Below are positions 38,357-49,100 of a stretch of 64,000 nt of DNA, in pieces. Position 1 is the stretch's first letter. The number at the start of each line of letters is the position of its first letter. The notes below the pieces were generated by a model. That model worked only from the letters and a program-made list of their open reading frames with translations, did not search any database and was not told the DNA's origin. Origin of the DNA: Klebsormidium nitens (taxonomy: Eukaryota > Plantae > Klebsormidiophyceae); assembly GCA_000708835.1 (NCBI GenBank), contig DF237157.1:1-64000 (forward strand). Direction: 5' to 3'. A program made the translations under genes and the position numbers.

Positions 38357-41040
38357 CTATTGACGGCACGCTGAACAGGGTTGCCTCCCCTCCTTGTCCG
38401 CATCCCATAGGTGAACGATGACGATCCCCGGACTCTTCAAGTCGCGAAGCAAGCAATTTACTTGATTGTGATACACCTTCTTGTTTGGCTCCACCCACAC
38501 AGTTTCACTATCGACAAGGGCTGTCTTGCTCTGACGGCGGATTCCTGCGTTGGGGTGACTCGCTGCCTCCCATCTTAGCTCGCGAATTTGAAGTTCGACT
38601 GATGATTTTAACCTAGCGTCTTTCTCGCGAAGGTTACTCTGCAGCTGGCTGACCCGAGACTCCAGCTCTTTTATCTTCTTCAAGCTCGCTTGTTCTTCCT
38701 CCCTGGCCGCCTTTTCCTTCTTGACAAGGTCCCTGCGGATCTCCTTGTCTATCACACGTTGCCCTTTCAGACCAATTATGGTCTGATCTTTGGTCTGGGC
38801 ATCTTGCTGAGCGCGGTTGAGCTCTTCCTTCAGGCCGCTGGCCTGCCGCGCCTCCGAATCAGCTTTCTGTCCAAGCCTTTTAATTTCCGCAGCCAACGAT
38901 TCTTCACGCGTCATCTGCGCAGTGAGCTTACTCTCCGCATCCTCAAGAGCCCCCTCCAAAGCTTCGAGACGCTGGGCGTTTTCTTGACTTTCCTGGGCGC
39001 TTTGCAATCGGACCGTCTCAAGTTCACGAGCCCGAGATTCCGCTCCGCTTGTCAATCTGTTGACCTCTAGCCTGAGCGCACTTGCCTCTCTGCGTACGCT
39101 GCTCAAATCGCGCACGCTAGCCAGCGCATCGAAGAGTTGCCCCTCTAACGTCCTGATTCTCTCAACGTGCTCTCGGCAGTCCCGCTTCGCCGTCTCTTCG
39201 ACTTCGTCAACCTTTGCTTGAAGTGACTTTGCCGCCGCAGAGGCCGCCCGTTGCTCCCTTTCGTTTGTCGTTATCTGTGCCTCCAAAGTGGAGATCCGCT
39301 CGTCCTTGGCGTTTGACTCTCTCTGGGCGCTTTGAATCCCCTCCTTTAGTCCCCAGATCGTTGCACCGGCCTCCTCCAGCTCCTCCTCGAGCCGGCGCAT
39401 ATCTGCCGCATGTCTTTCGCCGCTCTCGTTCAACGTCCTCAGGCGGACTTGTTCCGCCTCCGCAAGCCGCGCCTCGCGCTCTGCGGCATGCACTTGAGCT
39501 TCTTCAAGTTTTCTCTCTAGAAGGAAAACGCTTTTCACGAGAAACCTTTTTTTTGTCCAGCTATTCCGGATCGTTCGGACTGCAAAGCTCGCAACCGTAA
39601 CGAGGAGAAGAAGCGCACTCCCAGCGAGGCGCAAGTCCGCTCCAATCCATACGCTCCTCTTGTCGGGGCCAGTCTGCAAAGAAAAGTCGGAGCCTACTCA
39701 GCCCGCACACCTAAAATCGAAACCCAATCAGCAACTTCAAACTTGATTTGAACATCCATGGACCGAGACTGTTCAGTCACCTGACGTAAATGACTCCAGC
39801 GGCGCCAACCGTTGACCCATCTTCCCTCCTAAGATGTCAAAGGCGTCAACCCGCAACAGCACAGGAAGACTGTTACAAGTACGGAGTCTCAGAGACATTT
39901 TCTCTTTAGACTGAGCTGATCTTCAGCTCAGGACGACAATCCAGAAATGCCTCTTGGCACGGAAAGATCATGTGAACTGGGATTGAAATGTCTCCATTAT
40001 TGGAGAGTCAGAGTGCCCAGAACTTCGATGGAAAGTTTAGCGGTGGTTCAGAGAACTTCGGACGGCCGAAGGCAACTTTGAAAACGTTTCGAGAAGTCAG
40101 AGAACATGTAAGGTGGCTTTTCGACCAAGCATGTAATCGACATGCAGGCCCCTTGAATGTCTCGGATGCTTTTTAGTAAGCATAACCGTTGTTGCCAAGT
40201 TACATGCCGGAGGCAACTCGAACCAGCAATCAAATTCAAAGCAAACACTTGACCTAGCACTTTCTGCATTGCAAGGTGAGGAAGCAGCTTATGAACTCAG
40301 TAAACCGGGTCAACAGATGCCTGAATCAAACCTACCAGGAGGGAGAACCAAGGCAGCTTGTCCGGAAGTCCGCCTTCGTCCTCCTCCTTCTGTTCTTCTA
40401 TAGAAACGAGTACTAGCGGCCACATCTCTTTTGCATCTGTGAGTAAGGTGCATGCTGTTATCAGTCGGTTGAATGGTCCTCAACGGAGATGTGAGTCTGC
40501 CTCGTAAACAACCAGCCTGTGTTGATCGCACTTCTTAGGAACACAAAAGCTAGCAAGACGGAAAACTTCCTTGTTCGCTGTCAAAAGGGTTACTAGTCAA
40601 GACAGACCGGGTCCTCGAAGCTTTCAAATTTATACTCTGATGATCACGGGGCACAGTGAGGCCTGCAGACCTTATCTTCTGAAGAGCGTCCTCAAGCTCA
40701 CTTCATAAGATTTCTTGCTTTCTGTCTTTCAATACTCTTGCCAAAACCTTCACCGTATAGAGCCACGACAGCTCAATGCGCCTTGTTCTGCCGCGTCTCT
40801 ATTGCTGCATGAAGTCGACAGACGGCGAGAGTACTTACTGTTGGGAGGTCTCAGGGGGTTCCGGCATAGCCCCTCGTCCCCACGTACTGGTCTCTCCGCA
40901 AGCCTTGTGCAGCCCTTTATTGGATAGAGCGACTTCGCATTCCAAGCAGAGAGAAAGCCAACAAGGATGAGGCTGAGGGCGCCGACTGTAAGAAGCTTCT
41001 TGCTGCTGATTACCCGCCTGAGTACTGCGTTGAAATCCAT
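38357..41040 (-). CDS. Two-TM, long coiled-coil protein with a C-terminal Ada-like metal-binding motif, about 545-550 aa (exons 41040-about 40782/40767, 40397-40336, 39673-38357)
   Basis: N-terminal hydrophobic segment LLTVGALSLILVGFLSAW, second segment LAGSALLLLVTVASFAV, about 300 aa of E/K/R/A/L heptad-rich sequence, and the end VWVEPNKKVYHNQVNCLL...LWDADKEGRQPCSACRQ*. The 439-codon last exon is open. The exon-1 donor could be GC (40781) or GT (40766). Confidence 0.8.
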
Positions 41041-42539
41041 CTCTAACTCACACGTATGATGCTCAAGCCGCAATCACTTACGAAGATAGGACTCTTTGCA
41101 TCGGATTCAGCAAACGGCTGTGGCAGTGGTGCTGGTAAAACTCCGCTGAATACACAGGAAGAGCTTCCTCCGAAGCCACTTAGATGATGTTCTCTCTATA
41201 CATTGTTGAGCTCGCATTGCTCATGAAACTGTGAGGATAATTAGATACTATAACAGGCTCTCGAAGTAGAGAATCTGTAGACGCTTTCAGCTTTGATGAG
41301 AAACGGATGCAGTGTGGCTCGCGGCGTGCTTCGAAGAGCCGCAAGGCTCGTCTCCCGCTCGTCTGGCTAGACTCCTCTTTGTACTCCTCTTATTTGCCAG
41401 GTGCGACGACGTACTCCTTTACTAGCGTCCAACGTACGCGCAAATTTTCAAGGCTTCTTGTACTCGCACGTGGCCAAGCTTGCAGCCTGCGTTCCTGCGT
41501 GCATTCAACAGTCACCCATAATTGACCTGCACCACATGCAATTGACCTGATCGACGCCATTGTGCCATTGGGAGGTCAACGATGTCAGATAGGTCAGGCA
41601 TGATGCACCACAATGCCGCCAGTGCTCAGTCGCACAGTCAAGATCAGATACGCAGACAATATTGGAGTCTTGTCTGCCAATGTCATCACGTGCTTTTCCA
41701 CACGGAGAATGCGCATAACCACGCGTTGACCGTCAAGTGGGCAATGTCAATGTCACTGGAAGCTCTGTCAGGCGGAGAGAGTGTGTCCACAGGCTTATGA
41801 TGTTCCAGGATCGAACTTGGCATGCAGGCGCAGTGGGGGCAGCGGAGTGAGAGACTCGGAGATCATTCAGGTCGCACGGCCGGCCGGCGCACGAGCGAAC
41901 CGGCGACTCTGTCCAGATGTTGTCACAGGCGCTTCGGTTTTGTCGTGTCAAAACCGTCTAACGTCAGACGGTTTTGACACGACAACAGTCAACAAGAGTA
42001 TCTAATAGACTTGACGGCGCAGCTGCATCATACAACTGCGCCGGCCCCTCAGACTCGCCCTAGCTCCGGCAATGGGAGCCTGGCGGCCTGATTGACTCAC
42101 GGACCACCGACAAAAGTTAGTTACAGGTGGGTCGTGATTTCGTCATCTTGAACCGTCGATGAGGCATTTTTTTTACATCGAACGGCTAGAAATAAAAAGC
42201 GCCAGACGGTTCGTCTGTCTGACACGTCGGCTGGCAGATCGTACGTCCACGGTGGACTCCCGGCACGGCGTTTGAATGTGAGCCTCAAACGCGGGCCGAG
42301 CTGGCAGGCTTGGCGCCACCTCAGACTGGTGGCAGTGGAGGAGGCAGATATTTCAGCCCAGCAAAAAGCTGTGGCGCGCAACATGGTCGATCTGACGAAA
42401 GCAAGCTGAGCCAAGCTTTAGGGTAGAGCGTCTTGGTTGGAAGGGAAAGGGCTGCTTGGGCAGGATCGAAATAGGGGTGGTTGAGAGCCTTTAGAGTGCC
42501 GCATCTTTTGCAGAGTCGTGTAGAGGCAGCGGCAGCAGC

Positions 42540-44883
42540 ATGGCGGTGTCGACGCTCAATCTCCAGGCAGGGAGCCTGACCACGGGTTTGCTTGGAAAGG
42601 CAGCTGGCCTTTCGAGCACAGCAAATATTGAAGCGGCACGCGTAAGCTTGCCATGCAGGCTGGCCGTGGTTAGGAAAGGGCAGGGAGTTGTGCAAGCGAA
42701 GGTCAAGCGGAAAGCTGAGGCCGGAGCTCCGGTCAAGAAACTGGATGCAAAGAGTGTTGAAGTTCTGAGGTGAGGTGCCAAGTTGAGCTGATCTTTGTCA
42801 TAAGAGGTGTGAAGTTGGACGCGCTGTACATCTATAGCCTTAGGACCTGATGTAGCTACATGCACATTTGAAGCCTGGCTGTCGTCTCTCCCATTTGCAA
42901 ATTTATCAAAGTTGTTGTTGCATGTGTCTGACAAAAAGCTAACAAGTTGGACCTGTGATGTCTTTGGGCGCAACGGATATTTATCTGATGTGTCACCATG
43001 CTAGTGGTCGATTTGCAACACCCTACAGCCTGATCCAGATCTTTCAAAATGTGCATGTTTCCTGTTCTGACAACTTTGCGCCTGTTGGCAGATGTCTGTC
43101 AATTTTTGATGCCAAAGGCCTCTGTTGCATGTTTCATCTCCGATCAGATTGCACTTGATAGTAGAGCACGAAATCAGATCAAACCAGTCAGTAGGGTATA
43201 TGTTGATCTAACAGCGTATAGAAATGGGGCCTCCCTGATGGAGAGCTCTGCAGATCTTGAGAAACATTGTCATGGTTGCAGATCTGTTGATTCAGAATTT
43301 GATACACTTTTGGATTGGGCAGCTGGCTTTCAATGGTAGTTTACTGGCTGCATGTCAAATTGGGGGAGTAGTTAGCAGGAGACACACAATGATATGTCCA
43401 GAGAGGATGAAATTGCTTTTCTTCCATGGCAGACGATTCTTGCAGGAACTGACTATCTTGAGCTCATGGGCCAGTTTCAGGAAATTAGGGTTTGCAGATG
43501 CTTTAAAGAATTTGCATGCATTTGAAGGATTGATCCAGATCATCAGCTGGGGCCTCGCTGATCTGAGGTGTTCTTCAACCATGCGATTCCCCAACCTTGT
43601 GAAAGACTTGCTGGTGGTTCAACATGAAGGAAGGGATTCTGACGAGTTGAGAACAAGATATTGAGGTTACTTTACTTCTCTTACTCCAGGACGCCTTGGG
43701 CAGCTGTTGCAGCGGCCTCTGCCCTCGCAGCACTTGGCGCCTCAGACCAGTCTTCCTACGCAAACATGCGTCCCATTGAAGACCACAACGCTGTTCCTCT
43801 GGAAGCTGCAGCAGCTAATGATGACACGCACGCTCTGAGCGCTGCCTCCCTATCTGCGCCAATCCTGGCGTATGGTGGAGACGAGCTTGATGCAGAAGGT
43901 GTCTTGCCCGTGCGATCTCCAGAGGTGAGGGAGAACCACCTGCGTCTATCCAATATGAACAGTGTGCATTGAATATCTTCACTATTTGCACGAGCGTTGC
44001 GATCTTAGTAGGTGGGTAGTTTGCCAATCAAATAGACACTCGGATCCGTCAGAAGGTGGTCAAGTTGGGTTGTGAAGAGGGCACAATGTTTTGGGAAATC
44101 CATGAAAGCAGGGGCCAGAGATATGCAACTCAGATTTGCTCAGCTATGTGCCCGACCTGATTGCTCTACCATCCTGATTGGCTTGTTGAGAGTGCACGCA
44201 CCTTTCTGCGTCTGCTTGTTTGAGAATTTGATATATCTTTTATGGTCATGAAAGGTTTCTAAAGACATTCGACCTGAAACGCGTGGTCAGCTGGGGTTGT
44301 AAGCAAGCTGCTCTATCCTACAGGACAATCAGTGCGGTGAGGGGGTCTGGTTAATACCATGATACTAGGGGATTGGTATGAGGTACCAGGAACTTCTTAT
44401 CTGATGAACGGTGCCTTGTTTCAGGTCCTGCTATACTATGAGCCTGCAGAGCCCCTGCAGCCGACATTCAACCCGGACGATTTCCGAGCAAAGCTCCCCG
44501 ATGGGGCGGGACCCTTGGGGGGGGGCGAATGGCAGTTTTCATCAATGAAGACTAGCGGCCGCTCCTGCCCCGCATGGGGCTCCAACCAAAACATTGAGAT
44601 GGTCGTGCCGGGGGCTGCCAAACCCCTGCAAGTGCACCCCCCCCGCGGCAGTAAACGCTGGTTTGCGAGCTTCCCCGAGGCTGACACCAGCCAACTTCAG
44701 GGGGGTGATGTGGCTTCCGCATTGGAAGACAGGGATTGGGGGTATTTGGAGGTGGCAAATCCTGGGGAAAAGAGCGCTTCTCAGGAGGAAGTGAGCGAGG
44801 TGCCGGTGGTGGGGAAAAACCCCTTCGAGGGCCTCATCATTGAGATTGTGAGGATGCCAGTGTTCTCCTGCTTTTCATTGTAG
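42540..44883 (+). CDS. Plastid-targeted protein of unknown function, probable thylakoid-lumen (bipartite) targeting; about 307 aa (exons 42540-42769, 43690-43924, 44425-44883; 3' end uncertain)
   Basis: Ala/Ser/Arg/Lys-rich transit-like N-terminus, then hydrophobic TPWAAVAAASALAALGA ending at S-Y-A. Phases are consistent. A possible further donor ATT|GTGAGG near 44846 could change the C-terminus. Confidence 0.7.
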
Positions 44884-46172
44884 GGCAAAGTATCCGGCTT
44901 CCATGGTAGGGCAGAAGTAGGCAGAACTGCTTGTGGGGCGATTTGTGTGATGAGTGCAAATTTAGAAACTGTACATTTGTGAAAACATGCGCGCGTACTG
45001 GGATTCGGAAATCTGGAGAGAGTAAGGAAGCCGCCGGAAGAAAGGGTTTACAGCAGTTGGCACGCATTGTGATGCCAGCACATTGATTGCAACTGTACAG
45101 TTTTAGTCAAGAGCTTTGTATAGGCTGATCGGCAGCGTACGCTTACTGTACATAATCTAGTCATAAGAGCACCTGACATCAAGGGAAGTGCCGTAAATCA
45201 AGGGTAGGCGAGCTTCAAACGTTGTATATAGTTTGATCATCTTGCAGAATAAGCTTAGAGTTGACATGGTACTGTTCTTGAAGTAGCAGCCTAAGCACTC
45301 GCGAAATCTCATTGTAGCTAAGTCACTACAGTTGCAAGTTTAAGCATACATACTCGAACCCCGATTGGGCAGTAGTCCTGCACAAGCAAGGTATAGTGTG
45401 TGGCAAAGCTAAGTACAACGAGTTTGGTTTGGATTGATCTAAACAATCATAACATTGCGAAAACAAAGTCTGAAAGCACATTGCGAAAATAAGGTATAAA
45501 AGCACTGATCCTGTAAGCTTCTCTGGCACCGGCCACTATGCCGGTTCACACTTTGGCTTCCCGGTATGCCTTCCGTTTTGTGACATATGCGTCCTTGAGG
45601 GAATCTTGTGCATGTTGCATCAGACATGCTAGCCTTGGAAATAGCACATGCATGCAAGTATCCATACCATGCAGTATATACCACTTATGAGCACATGGCA
45701 GGCTAACACTTCCGTGGGACAATCAAACATTTTGGATCCATGCAGATGTAGTCGGATCATTGTCGGAGCACGTTTTTATCTGTTGCACTGCAGCGATCGA
45801 TTTGATCCTCCAGTTAAGGCCGCCTCCTAGATTCCTCGAAACCTGAAAGTGCTGAGCTTATACGCCAGCTAGCGGCAAATACATGTCCATTTGAGTGGCC
45901 GCGCACGATTGAAGTGACTTAGTATAGCAAAAGTTTCCACGGCTCAGATCATCACCAAGGCTTGCATTTACTAGCGCCTAGGCAATCGGTTCGTTACTAC
46001 ATATACGGCTCTGCGTCTGATATGATTGTGGTGATGCATACACGGACACGTGCAGAATTGCCAGAGCTAAATCTGAGCTTTGACGACGAATGCCCACCTG
46101 CTGAAATATGGTTACGAACATGAATAGAAATGCCTTTGACCTTTCCGTCGAATGGCAGCTTTCGAGGTTCGG

Positions 46173-49100
46173 TCACGCGCTGGTTAGGTCAGTTTTCGCC
46201 ATAACCAACACTAACTTGGTCAGCGTAGCAAGCTGATCGTCCTTCTTCGCCAGCTCGCGTTTCAGCTTCTTCTCCGAACCTTTCGCTCCCTTTGCCCCTT
46301 CCTTCTCCTCTCTATCTCTCTTCCGCTTGCTATCACTTTTCCGCTCACTTTCCCCTTTCCGCTCGCTATCCTTATTCCGCTCCTCCTTGCGAGCCGTTCT
46401 CCGCTTCTCCCCACTCTTCTCCTCCCCTCGCCGTGACTTGCTCCGATGCTCACTGAATTCCCTCCTCACGTTCCCTTCTCGACTCTTCTTGCTGGTCGAA
46501 TCCTTCCCGTTGGGATGAATGCCCCCGCTTTTCCCGACGCTTGCTAGCAGCTTCTGAATCTCCATAAGCGTCTGCTGAGTCGCCGACGGTTCGCTCCGCC
46601 GCGCCCGCTTCTCCCCCCGCCCTTCGCCGTCCCCCCTCTTCCGCTTCACCCCCGTATCCAACAGCCCATCTAGACTTCGCCGCTTGTGCTTCTCACCCCC
46701 CTCTTCCGAAACTCTCCTCTTTTTCGACTCCTTCCCCTTGGAGCCCTTTTCTTTCGCCGCTTCTCCGTCCGCTGACTCTCCTTCCATCCGCCGTTTCCTT
46801 TTCTTCTCCTTCTCGTTCCTCTCACTACCCTTCCCCCTCTTTTCGTCCTTTTCGGACCCTTTCCTTCCCTTCGTGTCCGAACCTGTCCGTTCCTGCCCAT
46901 CCATTTTTTCCCGGTTCACTCCCCCAGCCACTCCATCCCCCCGTTGCAACGCTCGTTTTGCTCTCCGCCTTTCCGCGCTGCTCTTCCCGTGCTTCGTCGC
47001 CTTCTTCGCAGACTCACCCCCGACCTCCTCGTCTTGCTTAACCCGCTCGGGTAGCGCGCCCTTTTCACTTGACCCGTTGCCCTTAACCCTCCGCTCCTCC
47101 GCACCATTATCCTCTCCACTCCCCTTCCCCTTCGCCTCTTTAACCTTCTTAATTCCGTTGATCTTTTCCCCCCTCGCCTCTTTTCCCTTCTTAACTCCAT
47201 TGATCTTTTCGTTCCTTCCCCCTTCCTTCAAACCTTTCTTCACCTTCTCCTTCCCACCATTCTCCAGCTTCGTAACCCCATCCTTTAAGCCCTCGGCCGC
47301 TATGCTCCCCTTCTTCTTGACACCAAATGCCGCCCCGTTATGGCAGCCCATTTTGCGGACGGTGAACGTCACTTTCTGCCCCTCTGGCGCGTCCGCAGGC
47401 GGCAGAACGGTGACGCTCTTTTGCGCCCTTCCGAGCGCATCCTGAATACACCAGAAGTAAGAATCAGAACAAATTCCGTCACACTCTATAAGGTTTCTGT
47501 GCAGCACAGGAGTGGGTCAAGAACCCTCAGGCACAATTTCAGACGGATCTTTAGGAGCTTGTAATCTGTGCCTACGAGACCGGCGACTGCGTAATGCTCT
47601 GCCACACTAGACTGTGTGCTACACTTCGACACCAAACAAAAATCAAGTCGTCCTGAGCGGATTAATTGCGATAAACACTATACTATGGCCCGGCCGCCAG
47701 CAAGACCTCTTCTAACACTTTTCCGATTGCAAAAAGGGAATGGAGAGAGACGAGAGCGGCAGACATTTCCATCTTTACATTCTACACACGAACACATGTT
47801 GTTTGTGTTCAACATGACAATTCAAACACCACCACAGCGAAGCATTGCAGCAAAAGAAATATACCCCAGCTAAGCAGATGCGCTTCGCAAAAACGAAATG
47901 TCAGGAACTCAAAAAGCTCACCTTGTGCTCCTTTCCCACGAGCGCCTTGAACGCCGCGTTAGCAACCTCCGGGTTCTTGAACAGCGCAAACGTGGTCCCC
48001 ATGCCAGACGCCCCCCACGTGGCCATCTGCACGTGGGCACCCAGCTCTGATGCAAACGCGCGCGCCAGATCTTCCCGGGGAGTGCCCTTGGGGATCTTAT
48101 GCAGGAACAGCTTGGACAGCTCGCTCTTGTCCACCTGTAAAAGGAAATGATTGGGAATGATTCTGAAACCGCCGCACTGTGTGGTCTCCTTCGCTTTCTC
48201 CGCCCCCTCGTCAGCCGTCTCCTATGCCTTCCTCATGACATACATCCGTTGTGGTATTATGAATGCATTTTAGGGGTCGATATTGCAAAATGTTCAAGCA
48301 AATAAAGGCATCTGACAGGGTTCTCGGTCTGGTGAAAGAAAGGGCTCCTTTCAAACGGTTGACTCGCACGATCCCGTATATGATCGTGAGGCAGTGGGCG
48401 GGCTTTCAGCTTTGCACACAACAGTAAAGCGCTGCCTACTCAAAGCAGAGCGGCAATATTGAGTCAAACAGTCACGCCAACTCTTGCCCAAACAGGAGTC
48501 AAGCAAAGCCAGGCACGTGGGCCACAATGCGGCAAGTATCATCGGGCATCGGTGGCCGGGATTGAGAATCGCACCTTGAAGTCTGGGACGGCCAGCGGGG
48601 CCGTGGGTCCCTTTTTCATCTCGTGAAGCACCAGGCGCATGGGGATCTTGGCGTCCTCTATGGAGTCGTGCGCTTGCTCGGGACCGCCCTCACGAAAGCC
48701 CACCTGTCAAGATGAAAAGAGGGGGACATCAGAAGCTGACACCGTCTAACCAGTGGACTCTTCCTCTCAGCAAGACTGTGCTTCTTTACCTTTCTGGTTA
48801 ACGCCAAATTCGAAGCTTGCTTCTGGGTCTCGGACGATCGGCTTCGACCGAGACTCAGCTCTCGGATGTTCGTTGGCAGCGATGGAGAAGTGACTGCGCC
48901 TGAAAAAGTTTCATGCATAGTGGATTCGGACTTCATTGGTCGGGAACAGGCGAAACAACTACCTACCTCCAGGACAGCTCGACACAGGTCTCCGAGCGAG
49001 GGAATGGCCGTCGGGAGACCTTGGTAGCTGAAAATCAGGGAAGTGTCGATCACACGACGGTGGTCAATTCTCAGGGCCCTGTGAAGAGGAAGCACAGTAC

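Noticed and set aside
40766-40782. Possible second GC-AG intron (CAAG|GCGCAT) in the coiled-coil gene
   Set aside because: An in-phase GT donor 15 nt downstream works equally well; this cannot be resolved without transcripts.
46684-47445. 253-aa Phe/Ser/Pro-rich plus-strand ORF
   Set aside because: Antisense shadow of the purine-rich Lys/Glu/Arg SDN exon.
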